Shown here piece by piece: positions 1 through 10,096 of a DNA stretch of 64,000 bases (the stretch's first letter is position 1; the number at the start of each line of letters is the position of its first letter). This DNA is from a bacterium (GTDB lineage: Bacteria; Patescibacteriota; Minisyncoccia; Minisyncoccales; Minisyncoccaceae): assembly GCA_041308625.1 (NCBI GenBank), contig JBFZBB010000005.1:8798-72797 (forward strand). The letters run 5' to 3'. The position numbers were made by a program, and so were the translations under genes. Below the pieces are notes generated by a model. It worked only from the letters and a program-made list of their open reading frames with translations. It was not told the DNA's origin and searched no databases.

Positions 1-575
1 TCTCCATTAAACAATGCCCACTCTTCACATTGTCTATTATCTTCAAAAAAACAAATACCATATTGTCCTCCGTCTCCTCTTTCTTCAATGCTTAAGGTTC
101 CCCCTTTTTGTATACAGTTTTGAGAAGCAGGATTAGCTAAACCAACTCCTTGATTAATAATATTAAAAGAATTATTACTTTCATCACTTATTGGATTAGT
201 AATTGGTAAAGATTCGTAGCTATTAATCTCTAAAATATATTCTCCTGTTTTAAACATATCAGAAACTAACCAATCCTCATTTCCATCGTTATCTAAATTA
301 ATAAATAATATTGGATCAAATTCTTGACCTTCGATATTTTCGTCAACAGTATTTTTTCTAATAGTAATAGATATTTTATTTTCTGAAGAAATATTTTTAG
401 TCTCCCACTTAATGCTTACAGTTGACCCAACTGTTATTTCTTCTCCTCCATTAGGATAAAGAAGAGTAATTGATTGTTGATTATTAACCCTTGGTGTTTG
501 ATAAAAAACCACATAAGCAAGACTCAAAATTACCAACAAAGAAACACAAAGTAAAAACCATTTATTGTTTAACAT
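1..575 (-). CDS. secreted protein with a C-terminal DUF333-like Cys motif; C-terminus cut by the window edge
   Basis: Hand translation from ATG at 575: MLNNKWFLLCVSLLVILSLAYVV (signal/anchor) ... NPASQNCIQKGGTLSIEERGDGGQYGICFFEDNRQCEEWALFNGE. This matches the DUF333 pattern NPA..C...GG...G.C.F.D...C.EW. The frame stays open to position 1. The ORF is not in the supplied track because it has no stop inside the window. Confidence 0.5.
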   Translation of the reverse strand, partial: MLNNKWFLLCVSLLVILSLAYVVFYQTPRVNNQQSITLLYPNGGEEITVGSTVSIKWETKNISSENKISITIRKNTVDENIEGQEFDPILFINLDNDGNEDWLVSDMFKTGEYILEINSYESLPITNPISDESNNSFNIINQGVGLANPASQNCIQKGGTLSIEERGDGGQYGICFFEDNRQCEEWALFNG

Positions 576-690
576 ATGTTTTAAATTATTTTATTGATTT
601 AACCTTTATGTCTATATTATACCAACCCCCTAACTATTGGTCAATAAAAGGGTCTTTTCTAAATAAACAAAAAGTGATAGTATTAATTCA

Positions 691-1974
691 ATGGAAAGAA
701 CACTAATTAATCAAATATCTACACAAGAAGGAAAAAGCGCCTTAATAAAAGGTAGGGTTTTTAATATTAGAAACTTAGGAAACATTGTTTTTCTTGTTGT
801 TCAAGACTATACCGGAACAATTCAAAGCGTATTTGAAAAAGGAATAGAAGTGAAAATAGGAGATTTTGTTGTTTTGGAGGGTAAAATTAAAAAAGACGAA
901 AGAGCAAAAGGAGGATACGAAATTCAAGGAGAAAAAATAGAGGTTGTTTCTAATGTAATCGAAGAACTACCCTTTGACTTAGCAAAAAATGACTTAAACT
1001 TAAATCTTGTTACTTTGCTTGACAATAGAACTCTAGCCTTAAGACATCCAAAAGTCCAAGCTATTTTTAGGCTTTACGATATACTACTTAAAAGCTACGA
1101 AACAACAATGAGAGAAAATGATTTCATTGAAATTAAAACTCCTAAATTATTAGGAACTGCTACAGAGGGAGGAGCTAACTTCTTTAAAGTAAAATACTTT
1201 GAAAGAGAAGCAACACTAGCTCAAAGCCCTCAACTATACAAACAAATAATGGTTGGTGTTTTTGAAAGAGTCTTTGAAATAGGTTCTGTTTTTAGAGCGG
1301 AACCACATTTTACAACAAGACACGTAAATGAATATATTGGTCTAGACGCTGAAATGGGATTCATTGAAGACTATAAAGATATAACCAAAGCATTAAACCA
1401 GGTTATTAAAAAAATGTTTGAAATAATAGAAAAAGAAGGAAAAGAATATTTAAAAGAATATTGTATTGATTCTCTTCAAGTACCAAATGAAATTCCTCAA
1501 ATTAAATTAAGTGAATTGAAAAAAATAATAAAAGACGAATATAATTACGAAATTCCTGAAGATACTGATATTGATCCAAAAGGAGAAGAATTAGCAGGAC
1601 AATACGCAAAAGAAAAATTCGATTCTGATTTTCTTTTTATTACTCATTATCCTTGGGAGTATAGACCATTTTATACAATGACAAATCCTGAAAATTCAGA
1701 AGAAACTCTTGGTTTTGATTTGTTATACAAGGGACTAGAAATTGCTACTGGAGGACAAAGAATTCACAGCTACAACGAATTAATTGCTAATATGAAAAAA
1801 AAGAAAATTAAACCTGATGGACTTGAATTCTATTTAGATACTTTTAAATATGCTATTCCTCCTCATGGTGGTTGGGGCATGGGATCTGAAAGAATCATAA
1901 AACAACTTTTAAACTTAAGTAGTATCAAGGAGGCAATATTATTTCCTCGCGACGTTAAAAGATTGTGTCCTTAA
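691..1974 (+). CDS. aspS: aspartyl-tRNA synthetase, short archaeal/type-2 form (class IIb)
   Basis: 427 aa with an N-terminal OB fold. Contains QSPQLYKQ, class II motif 2 FRAEPH and motif 3 GGWGMGSERI. Confidence 0.85.
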   Translation: MERTLINQISTQEGKSALIKGRVFNIRNLGNIVFLVVQDYTGTIQSVFEKGIEVKIGDFVVLEGKIKKDERAKGGYEIQGEKIEVVSNVIEELPFDLAKNDLNLNLVTLLDNRTLALRHPKVQAIFRLYDILLKSYETTMRENDFIEIKTPKLLGTATEGGANFFKVKYFEREATLAQSPQLYKQIMVGVFERVFEIGSVFRAEPHFTTRHVNEYIGLDAEMGFIEDYKDITKALNQVIKKMFEIIEKEGKEYLKEYCIDSLQVPNEIPQIKLSELKKIIKDEYNYEIPEDTDIDPKGEELAGQYAKEKFDSDFLFITHYPWEYRPFYTMTNPENSEETLGFDLLYKGLEIATGGQRIHSYNELIANMKKKKIKPDGLEFYLDTFKYAIPPHGGWGMGSERIIKQLLNLSSIKEAILFPRDVKRLCP

Positions 1975-1978
1975 AACT

Positions 1979-2001
1979 AAACTCCCTTTTGGGGAGTTTT
2001 T
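1979..2001 (+). terminator. rho-independent terminator after aspS
   Basis: Hairpin aaactccc-tttt-ggggagttt followed by a T run, 5 nt after the aspS stop. Confidence 0.6.
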
Positions 2002-2080
2002 AGTTTGACAAATAATAAAAACTATTCTAAATCGTATATGGCAGTATAAATTGCCGCTCTTTGAAAATTAGGTGGAAAAA

Positions 2081-2935
2081 ATGAAGAAAATTGCTAGTAT
2101 TTTGATTATTGCTTGCTTTTGTTGCATAGTTTGTGTAACAGCAACATCATTTGTGCCAAAAAGCATTGACAAGGAACAGTTATTAGAACAAAGAATGAGT
2201 GCTGCTAAAAACGCATCTCTCAATCATGAGCAGTTTATAAAACTAGCTCTCCTTCAAAAGGATACTCAAATCCGAATAATTAATTATCTGGCAGAGAATC
2301 CATTCCGACCAGACTACTACTTAGTCAGTGAAGTCAATCCTCAACCATATATCGATAAAACACTATCAGAAGATAGAGATATCTGGTTTGTCTTTTACAA
2401 AAACAAGTGGCGCATTGATTGGGACGCAGCAAGAAGACCTCTTAAATATATTGGTATTCATAGTTCAGAGAACATGACCCCGGAAGAAATAAATGATGTG
2501 TACCGAGGACAATATGTTTGGAGATATTCTGTTGATGGTGATCCTTATGTTAAAGGATTAGAGCCCCATTCAGGACACATTGTTAATGGAAAAGAAGTGT
2601 ATTATCCATTCCACTGGATGATTTATCCTGACGGAACCGTAGCAAAAGGTCTTGATTCTTCCTTGGTCCGAACAAAAGAAGGACTTTGTCCTTATCAGGT
2701 TGCTTGGAGTTTAGGCAACTGGGAAGCTAATTGCGAAAGTTTTTCCATGACCTTTATCCTAGAAAATCCTGAAACCGACGTCCCAACAGAAGCTCAAATT
2801 GCTTCAGCAAATGTCATAATTGACAACGTCAAAAGCATTGTCCCTACCGCAGTTGTTGCACCTCATTACCAATTCAATTCACAAACGAATTGTCCTGGCT
2901 GGAGCTTCCAAGAATGGGGCCAAAAAATTCATTAA
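2081..2935 (+). CDS. secreted N-acetylmuramoyl-L-alanine amidase-like protein (Amidase_2/PGRP-like)
   Basis: Signal peptide MKKIASILIIACFCCIVCVTA. Contains IGIHSSE and a C-terminal APHYQFNSQTNCPG, which resembles the H...T.CPG zinc-ligand motif. AGGTGG RBS at 2070-2075. ATG at 2081 is preferred over the track's GTG at 2072. Confidence 0.5.
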   Translation: MKKIASILIIACFCCIVCVTATSFVPKSIDKEQLLEQRMSAAKNASLNHEQFIKLALLQKDTQIRIINYLAENPFRPDYYLVSEVNPQPYIDKTLSEDRDIWFVFYKNKWRIDWDAARRPLKYIGIHSSENMTPEEINDVYRGQYVWRYSVDGDPYVKGLEPHSGHIVNGKEVYYPFHWMIYPDGTVAKGLDSSLVRTKEGLCPYQVAWSLGNWEANCESFSMTFILENPETDVPTEAQIASANVIIDNVKSIVPTAVVAPHYQFNSQTNCPGWSFQEWGQKIH

Positions 2936-2950
2936 ATTTTTCACTGATTT

Positions 2951-2978
2951 TAAAAATACCACATAGTGGTATTTTATA
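2951..2978. terminator. bidirectional hairpin terminator between convergent genes
   Basis: Hairpin aataccac-ata-gtggtatt flanked by an A run and a T run. Confidence 0.5.
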
Positions 2979-2998
2979 TTTGAATTTTAAATAAAAAA

Positions 2999-4462
2999 TT
3001 ATTCTTCTAAATCTAGAGTCCTATCAATCCTAATTTTACTTACAAATTCTGGAACGTGACTTACTAAAATCATTGCTCCATTGTATTTGTTTAATGCTTC
3101 AGCAATAATCGGAATGTGACGAAAATTAATATGATTTGTTGGTTCATCTAAAATAAGAAGGCCTGGTTTTTGTAAAACAAGCATTGCAAAAGAAACTAAG
3201 CCTTTTTGACCTTCTGACAAATTCCCTATTTTTGTATTCATTACATCATTGGTAATAAGAAAACCTGCTGCTACACTTCTTAATATTTTTTCTGATTGTT
3301 GTTCAGCTGCTTTTGAAAGAGACTGATAAACAGTATCTTCAAAATTTAAAGTAGAAAAATCTTGACGATAATAACCAATTTTTACATTAGAAGCAATTTT
3401 AGTTCCCTCTGCTTGGTTTCTTGCGATTGATTCTAAAAGAGTGCTTTTACCAATACCATTTGGGCCTTGGAGCAAAAGGTGTTCGTTTCTTCTTATTTCT
3501 ATGTTTGTCTTTTTTTGTACTTCTTTGTGATTTTTTATGGCCTTAAAAGAAGATATCTGAACAATGACACCGGAAATATCTTTTTGTGAATCAATAATAA
3601 ATGATCTTATTGTTCTATCTTCTTTGCGAGTATCAACTTTTTCTTCTTCAAGTTCATCTGCTTTTTCTCTCATTTTCTTTGCAACTAAACGTAACTTACC
3701 TCCTTTGTTTGCGAAAAAGTTTGCTTTATCTTTGTTGTCCTGAATTTCTTTTGCTAGTTGTGCATTTTTTCTGTTTTCTTTTTCTTGACGAATAGCAATT
3801 TGTTCTCTTACATAAAAATAATTTCCTACATATTGCTCTATTTTTTTAGTAAATACATCTAAATACAAAACTCCGTTCGTAAAACTATTTAAAAATTCTG
3901 CATCATGAGAAATCACGATACAGGTTTTTTTGTAATCAATTAAAAACTTTGTAAGATGTTCTATTCCTTCTTTATCTAAATTATTTGTTGGTTCATCAAG
4001 TAAAAGCAAATCTGGATTCTGAATTAATGCTGAAGCAAGAAGAAGTCTAGCTTGTTGTCCTCCTGAGAAAGATTTAATTATTTTATCATGAGAAGCTTTA
4101 AGATGAACAACATCTAAAATATTATCTATTCTTAAATCTATATCGTAAACTTTTTTTACTGAACACTTTGATAGAGCTTTTTCAAAAAACTCTTTAACAG
4201 TTAAATCAAGCTCTTCTCTAGGAATGACTTGTCGAGAAATAGCAATAGAAATACCTTTTGCAATATTAATTGTTCCACCTTCTGGTAAAAAATCTTTAGT
4301 AATGAGATTAAATATAGTGGTTTTACCAGCTCCATTTTGTCCCATGATAGTGGTCTTTGTTCCAGAAAGAATAGAAAAATCAACCTCATTTAAAAGAGGC
4401 TTATTTTCTATATACCCAAAAGATACTTTTTTAAAACTAAGGATTGATTCTTCTTTAGCCAT
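2999..4462 (-). CDS. ABC-F family ATPase (two tandem ABC domains, no transmembrane domain)
   Basis: Walker A GQNGAGKTT and GPNGIGKST. Signature motifs LSGGQQARL and LSEGQKG. Walker B LLLLDEPTN and LLILDEPTN. A charged linker lies between the two domains. Confidence 0.8.
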   Translation of the reverse strand: MAKEESILSFKKVSFGYIENKPLLNEVDFSILSGTKTTIMGQNGAGKTTIFNLITKDFLPEGGTINIAKGISIAISRQVIPREELDLTVKEFFEKALSKCSVKKVYDIDLRIDNILDVVHLKASHDKIIKSFSGGQQARLLLASALIQNPDLLLLDEPTNNLDKEGIEHLTKFLIDYKKTCIVISHDAEFLNSFTNGVLYLDVFTKKIEQYVGNYFYVREQIAIRQEKENRKNAQLAKEIQDNKDKANFFANKGGKLRLVAKKMREKADELEEEKVDTRKEDRTIRSFIIDSQKDISGVIVQISSFKAIKNHKEVQKKTNIEIRRNEHLLLQGPNGIGKSTLLESIARNQAEGTKIASNVKIGYYRQDFSTLNFEDTVYQSLSKAAEQQSEKILRSVAAGFLITNDVMNTKIGNLSEGQKGLVSFAMLVLQKPGLLILDEPTNHINFRHIPIIAEALNKYNGAMILVSHVPEFVSKIRIDRTLDLEE

Positions 4463-4490
4463 AGTCTAGAGAATACTACATTTTAAGAAG

Positions 4491-5303
4491 CTATTCAATC
4501 CCCTGTCTTATTAAAACAGAATAATCAGGATTATCACCAATTTGTCTTGATTTATCGGTAATATTATATTTAATCATTGCTTCTTCAAGGTTTAAACTAG
4601 TATTTATTAAATTATTATCAAAAGCTAAATCATCAGAATAACCAGTTAATAATAATTTCCAAGAATATGGTATTGGTTTAAATAAAACAGTATTAAAATG
4701 ATCAAAAACAAGGCTCGTACAATTAGCAGTAACAGTATTATACCATTTAGGATTTTCTCTTAAATTGTTTGCTTCCTCTAGCATGCCCACTAACAAATCT
4801 ATTCCTTGCTTTTGAGAAAGAGTCATTGGATAAAGAATTATTTCATTTTTACGAATATTGGTCCTCATTAAAATTGCGTCTCTTTCATCAGATACAACAT
4901 AAATCAAAGGATATGATCTAAAAAGCCCAACCCAAGAATTATATATCTGAGACTTATTTGTTCTAGCTTCAATGCTAATTGTTAGAAAAATGTTATCTTC
5001 GAATTCAAAACTTAAAAAGCTATGAGCCACATTATCAAAAGGCTCAAAAATATACCAAACTTTTTTTAATTCATCTAAATTATATGTTTTATCATAATAA
5101 GCAGGATATATTTCTGTTTCATCTTTTCCATAACGAAAATTCCTAATATTTTTAATTGTTATTTTGTTTTCATTAAATTCAGAGATTGATAAAACAGACA
5201 ATGGTTCTGGCCAATTATCATCAATTAAAGGTTTTTTAAAAAAATGAAAACAAAAAAAGATTAATAAAAGAGTGACAATAAGTACTATTATTTTTTTAAA
5301 CAT
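4491..5303 (-). CDS. DUF4105 (Lnb N-terminal-like) membrane-anchored protein
   Basis: N-terminal TM helix, NIRNFRY motif, and SIEARTNKSQIYNSWVGLFRSYPLIYVVSDERDAILMRTN, which is typical of DUF4105. Confidence 0.55.
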   Translation of the reverse strand: MFKKIIVLIVTLLLIFFCFHFFKKPLIDDNWPEPLSVLSISEFNENKITIKNIRNFRYGKDETEIYPAYYDKTYNLDELKKVWYIFEPFDNVAHSFLSFEFEDNIFLTISIEARTNKSQIYNSWVGLFRSYPLIYVVSDERDAILMRTNIRKNEIILYPMTLSQKQGIDLLVGMLEEANNLRENPKWYNTVTANCTSLVFDHFNTVLFKPIPYSWKLLLTGYSDDLAFDNNLINTSLNLEEAMIKYNITDKSRQIGDNPDYSVLIRQGIE

Positions 5304-5362
5304 TTTGATTTTTTAATATTAATAAAGTCATTATATCAAAAAACCAAAAACAAAGAAAGAAT

Positions 5363-6910
5363 TTATTTTATACTTGTTAAGCCAATATTGTTTCTTTTTG
5401 CATTATCAAAATCACCAATATATGCCCACCATTGTTGAGGAATATTTTGCATCCACCAAGTTTTATATTTTAGTCCACCATCATTGTCACATGTGCTTCC
5501 TGCCCAAGTATGACAGCTTATACTAACACTCGAACCACCACAATATGATAAAACAGATGCTTCATTTGTCCAATCATATTCATGACTAGAACAACTTGAC
5601 ATTACATTAGGAGGACAATGAGTCCAACCACAACCAAAAGGCTCAGATCCAGTACCAACAAATTCATTCCAAAAAACATTATAGTTAACATGACCAAAAA
5701 TTGCTTCTATTTGATGAGTATGATTTTCTATTACCTCGGGAACCCCTCTTGTATAATTATAATGATAAACCGTATATGTTTTAGAATAAACGGGCATATC
5801 ATTTAAACGATAACTATTACTAATATTTCCATAAGGACCAGCCATATTAGACTCATTAAGACTTGTGTTGGGTGTATGATAACCCCAAATCCATATTTCT
5901 TTAACACCTTTATTTTCTATCCAATCTTTTCCATTTATGCTTTGAATGATTTTATTATAATCATAATCAGCACCATAAGATGTTTTGTTTTTAATTGTTG
6001 GCATTGGTTCTAAATACTCAACAGTTCCAACAATTTCATAATCCAAACTTTGAATAGAATTTACATCTTTATAACCATATTGTTTTGAACCATTTTCTAA
6101 AACAGAAATCGCTTCTTTATTAAAAGAATTAACTTTTTGACGCATAGCATCTAAAGAATCCCAACCTGAAGATAACCAATAACAGTCTCCTGTTAATTTT
6201 TTATCAATTAATCCATTTTTATCTAAAGGAAAATATTTAACCACTAAAACAGGTATTTTGTATTTTTCGTTAGAAATTATTTGTTTTTTTTGAGCTAAAC
6301 AATTTTCATTAGTTCCTTTATTTTCTCCTAAACATGTCCAATTCCAAGGACCAGATCCAGTAATATTAGACGCTGTTCCAGTTGAACATAAATTATTTGT
6401 TGGAATTGATTCCAAAACTTGATTATTAGAAGAACCACATTTTCCGTTAATAGGAGTGGCTTGACTTTTTAAAACAGAACAATTAGAGACAATTGTTGAT
6501 CCGAATTTACACGACCAAGTATACTGGTTTTGATTTTCAGAAATATTGGCAACTGTTCCAAGAGTACATAATCCAGTATTAGGAATACTAGAAAAAGATT
6601 GATCAGGAGAAAAACCACAATATTTATTCGTAGAAACATTGTTTGATTGTGTTTTTTCAGCTAAACACCAATCTGAATTTATAGAGCTAAATTTTGACCC
6701 ATCAAGACATTTCCATTTCCAGCCAGATGCTTTAAAGCTAGAATAAACTGAACTAAAAGCATAAACTCTACCATTAGAGCATAAATCAGGAGAACGACTT
6801 GTTAAACTATCAAAGCTTTTACCATTAGCTAAACCACAGTTATCTGCAGCAAAAACAAAGCTAATTGATAAAGTAGAGATAAACATTACTAAAAATAATA
6901 CTTTTTTCAT
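5363..6910 (-). CDS. secreted protein with three Cys-rich N-terminal repeats and a large uncharacterised C-terminal domain
   Basis: Signal peptide MKKVLFLVMFISTLSISFVFA from ATG at 6910, preferred over the upstream start at 6967. Three CG..(N/S)..F.S.P...LC..G........W.W.C modules follow. Confidence 0.6.
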   Translation of the reverse strand: MKKVLFLVMFISTLSISFVFAADNCGLANGKSFDSLTSRSPDLCSNGRVYAFSSVYSSFKASGWKWKCLDGSKFSSINSDWCLAEKTQSNNVSTNKYCGFSPDQSFSSIPNTGLCTLGTVANISENQNQYTWSCKFGSTIVSNCSVLKSQATPINGKCGSSNNQVLESIPTNNLCSTGTASNITGSGPWNWTCLGENKGTNENCLAQKKQIISNEKYKIPVLVVKYFPLDKNGLIDKKLTGDCYWLSSGWDSLDAMRQKVNSFNKEAISVLENGSKQYGYKDVNSIQSLDYEIVGTVEYLEPMPTIKNKTSYGADYDYNKIIQSINGKDWIENKGVKEIWIWGYHTPNTSLNESNMAGPYGNISNSYRLNDMPVYSKTYTVYHYNYTRGVPEVIENHTHQIEAIFGHVNYNVFWNEFVGTGSEPFGCGWTHCPPNVMSSCSSHEYDWTNEASVLSYCGGSSVSISCHTWAGSTCDNDGGLKYKTWWMQNIPQQWWAYIGDFDNAKRNNIGLTSIK

Positions 6911-7211
6911 ACACATATTGACAAAATTAATTATTATTTTATTATTGTTTGCCTCAATACGGTACAATATAATGAATTATTTGTCAATATCTGTTTTCCC
7001 CTAACCAAAATCAGTTTTTACATAGTTTTTAAATAAGAAAGCCTTATTTAAACCATGTCTTAAAAATCAAATTATAAATATTAATCTTTTGAGTCTATTT
7101 TTTGTCAAAAAACACAATCAAGAATTCTTATTTAAGATTGAATTATTATACCATAAACCAAAGAAAAATTGGCCTTTGATTTACTCAATTTGCTAAATAA
7201 TGTAAAACCCG

Positions 7212-8075
7212 TTACTCTTTGTTTCCAGCTAAATTATTGATTAGTATAGCAGTTCTTTGATTATATTTTTGACTATTAATTTCATGATTAACCAATAATT
7301 TATTTAATCCAGAATAATAGGTTTGTTGAATTTGAGAAGAAGGGACAGCTTTATCGTATAGACGAACTTCGTCAATCAAACCAAGAAAACCTTCATTAGG
7401 GACAGCGATATCAGCTATACCAATATATAAACTGTTGGTAACAGAAGAAACAATTGATCCGCTTAATGTCGTCTGTGTCGCAACTACCCCATTAACATGT
7501 ATTTTCATATTTCCAACCCCTCCGTCTTTATTATAAGTACCAACAACATGATTCCAATTATTAAATGGTAAATCATTAGGAGTTATTAAAGTGCCAACAC
7601 CAGATAAAGCAAACCTAAACTTATTATCACCTTGGTTTCCACTTATCACATATCTCCAATATTTACTGATAATATTTGGGTAAAGTTTTGTTTGATTGGT
7701 TGAAGTTTTAATCCATGCTTCCATTGTAATACTTTCCGTGATAATCTGTTCATCTTGATGAGAAACAGTAATATAGTCTCCACTAGAATCAAAACTGAGA
7801 CAGGACCCATAAACACAGTCATTAGATGCTAAAGCATTGGTTATTATGCCATTATTTAAGCCCCAGCTATCATTAGCGTTTCCATCAAGCTTCCACTCTG
7901 CAACCAAATTCATCAATAGCGAATTCCTCAAAGAATTAGAAAAAGCTTTGCTTTTAGTCATGTTAGTATTAATTGTAAAAGAATTCATTGAAACAATAAT
8001 AAAAGCAGAAAGAATACCAACTACTACTATTACAATTAAAATCTCGATCAAAGTAAATGCTAATTTTTTATTCAT
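7212..8075 (-). CDS. type IV pilin-like protein with LamG/concanavalin-like domain
   Basis: Prepilin class III signal MNKKLAFTLIEILIVIVVVGILSAF. C-terminal LamG-type motif LIDEVRLYDKAVPSSQI. Confidence 0.75.
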   Translation of the reverse strand: MNKKLAFTLIEILIVIVVVGILSAFIIVSMNSFTINTNMTKSKAFSNSLRNSLLMNLVAEWKLDGNANDSWGLNNGIITNALASNDCVYGSCLSFDSSGDYITVSHQDEQIITESITMEAWIKTSTNQTKLYPNIISKYWRYVISGNQGDNKFRFALSGVGTLITPNDLPFNNWNHVVGTYNKDGGVGNMKIHVNGVVATQTTLSGSIVSSVTNSLYIGIADIAVPNEGFLGLIDEVRLYDKAVPSSQIQQTYYSGLNKLLVNHEINSQKYNQRTAILINNLAGNKE

Positions 8076-8124
8076 TAATTTATTATACTAAAAATTAAAA
8101 AAGTGCCAAGTATTTAATAAACAT

Positions 8125-9219
8125 CTATTCTTTTATTTTTTTAAAATCTTTTTTTGCTTTTTTAATAAACTTTCCGAAATCATGATCTTTTTCTCTTTTT
8201 TCAAAATCAGACATTTCATAAAAATCAGATTCTTTTTTAATGTTTGTGTAGTTGTCATATTTAGATTTATCCAATCTTCCCTCTTTTACTGCTTTTAGTA
8301 CTTCACAACCAGGTTCACTAATATGCGTACAGTCGTTGTACTTACAGTTTTTTCCAAGCTCATAAATTTCATCAAATAAATCATCTATACCAACCTTAAT
8401 ATCTGTAACTCCTACCTCTCTTATTCCAGGATTATCTATCACTATACCTCCATTTTCTAAAAAATACATCTCTCTTCTTGTGGTAACATGCTTACCTCTA
8501 TCACTATACTTACTTATATCTCCAGTTTTAATTAAATCAGTTCCAATCAACTTATTAATTAAAGATGACTTACCGACCCCAGAAGAACCAAGAAAACAAT
8601 ATGTTTTTCCTTTTTCAATATATGCCCTTAGCTCATCTAGTCCTTTTTCTTTTAATATACTAGTTAAAATAATGTCCGTATCGTTAAATCTTTCTTTAAT
8701 TTGAGAAATTATTAATTCTAATTCTTCTTTAGAAATTAAATCAATCTTATTAAGAATAATAACTGGCTTAATGCCTTGATCTTTAGTGATTGCAAAATAT
8801 CTTTCAAAACGATTAAGATTATAATCTCTATTAATTGATTCTACTATAAACGCTACATCAATATTTGCACCAATAGCTTGAACTTCTATTCTATTCTTAA
8901 TTTTGTCTTTATCTCCCTTTTTTCTTTTAATTATTGTTTTTCTAGGCAATATTGCACGAATCACAGCTTGTTCTTTATCAAGTTCTGTTATTGCAACCCA
9001 ATCTCCAACAACAGGATAGTCTTCTCTTGAAGAAGCATTAAGCATTTGTTTTCCAGTTATTCTTGCTAAAAATCTACTATTCTGATTTATTACCTCGTAT
9101 AATCCCCTATGTTCTGACACCACCCTTGCAATAGAAAATTCACCTAAATTTAATTCTTTTCTTTTAGATTCAAAAAATTCATTATATCCAAATTGTTCAA
9201 TTTTAAGTTCAGAAGACAT
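8125..9219 (-). CDS. rsgA: ribosome small-subunit-dependent GTPase A
   Basis: Circularly permuted GTPase with NKIDL, GSSGVGKSSLIN and the C-terminal zinc motif CKYNDCTHISEPGCEV. ATG at 9219 (MSSELKIEQ) is preferred over 9261. Confidence 0.85.
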   Translation of the reverse strand: MSSELKIEQFGYNEFFESKRKELNLGEFSIARVVSEHRGLYEVINQNSRFLARITGKQMLNASSREDYPVVGDWVAITELDKEQAVIRAILPRKTIIKRKKGDKDKIKNRIEVQAIGANIDVAFIVESINRDYNLNRFERYFAITKDQGIKPVIILNKIDLISKEELELIISQIKERFNDTDIILTSILKEKGLDELRAYIEKGKTYCFLGSSGVGKSSLINKLIGTDLIKTGDISKYSDRGKHVTTRREMYFLENGGIVIDNPGIREVGVTDIKVGIDDLFDEIYELGKNCKYNDCTHISEPGCEVLKAVKEGRLDKSKYDNYTNIKKESDFYEMSDFEKREKDHDFGKFIKKAKKDFKKIKE

Positions 9220-9300
9220 ATTAAAACTATAACACAAAACGAAAACGGGTAAAAGAGTCAACTTTTATCTAATCAGTATTCTATAATAAATAATTTAATT

Positions 9301-9777
9301 TTATGTATTCTTAAGTGCAATAATTTCTTTGACGTCAGTTAAACGCCATACCATGTTTCTATCTTCTTGAATAATCTTTTCTGGTGAATCACTAGCCATA
9401 TATCCTAGAGCAGCTAAAACATTAGGAGATAATTTTCTTTTTTTTATTAAATCAATAAAATCAGATTTCACTCTTTGTTTTTCATTATTATCCTTAATTT
9501 CTTCTAATACGCCTTGCAAGCTAATAAATTTGTAACTAGAAAAGTTGCTAGCGTAATTTTCAATCTCTACTGAAACATGTGGATCTTGATGAAAATAATC
9601 TATTTTACGGCCATAACGAGTTGGTAAAAAATAAAGATATTTTCCATCAAAAATATAAAGAAAAGGAGCAATATAAGGAAAATTATCTCCCTTAAAGGCA
9701 ATACGACAAATATAATTATCGTTAATTAAACGATCATATTCATATTTATCCATGCGAGGTATTTTTAAAATATTCAT
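9301..9777 (-). CDS. pyridoxamine 5'-phosphate oxidase family (FMN-binding split barrel) protein
   Basis: YICRIAFKGDNFPYIAPFLYIFDGKYLYFLPTRYGRKIDYF...PHVSVEIE matches the Pyridox_ox_2-type pattern. Confidence 0.55.
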   Translation of the reverse strand: MNILKIPRMDKYEYDRLINDNYICRIAFKGDNFPYIAPFLYIFDGKYLYFLPTRYGRKIDYFHQDPHVSVEIENYASNFSSYKFISLQGVLEEIKDNNEKQRVKSDFIDLIKKRKLSPNVLAALGYMASDSPEKIIQEDRNMVWRLTDVKEIIALKNT

Positions 9778-9820
9778 AAATTTATTAAAAATATTATTAA
9801 TTTATTATATCACAAAACAA

Positions 9821-9842
9821 AAAACCGACAAAGGTCGGTTTC
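9821..9842 (-). terminator. rho-independent terminator oriented for minus-strand transcripts
   Basis: Stem aaccgac / gtcggtt. On the minus strand it is followed by tttttttgttttg. No minus-strand gene ends immediately upstream of it (see findings). Confidence 0.55.
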
Positions 9843-10096
9843 TATAAAAGCTCCCCTGTACGGTCTTGGACTATTTCTATCCAATAACCGTAAGGGTTAA
9901 TTAACTAATAGCTTGATTATAAAATACTAGTAGATGGTCGGATAGTTCTTGAGGGAAAACGAGACAAATGAAACAATATAGGGGTCTTATTTCTTATTTT
10001 AAAATCTTGACAAAATAACATAATATTGTAATGTTAAAGCGTTAAAAGCCGTACCGCTTGGGTTCGGCAAAGTTCATTCACAAAGAGCGTGCTATT

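Noticed and set aside
491-706. 71-aa plus-strand ORF
   Set aside because: It overlaps the start of the minus-strand DUF333-like gene and the aspS start. It uses a non-ATG start and spans what looks like a promoter/intergenic region.
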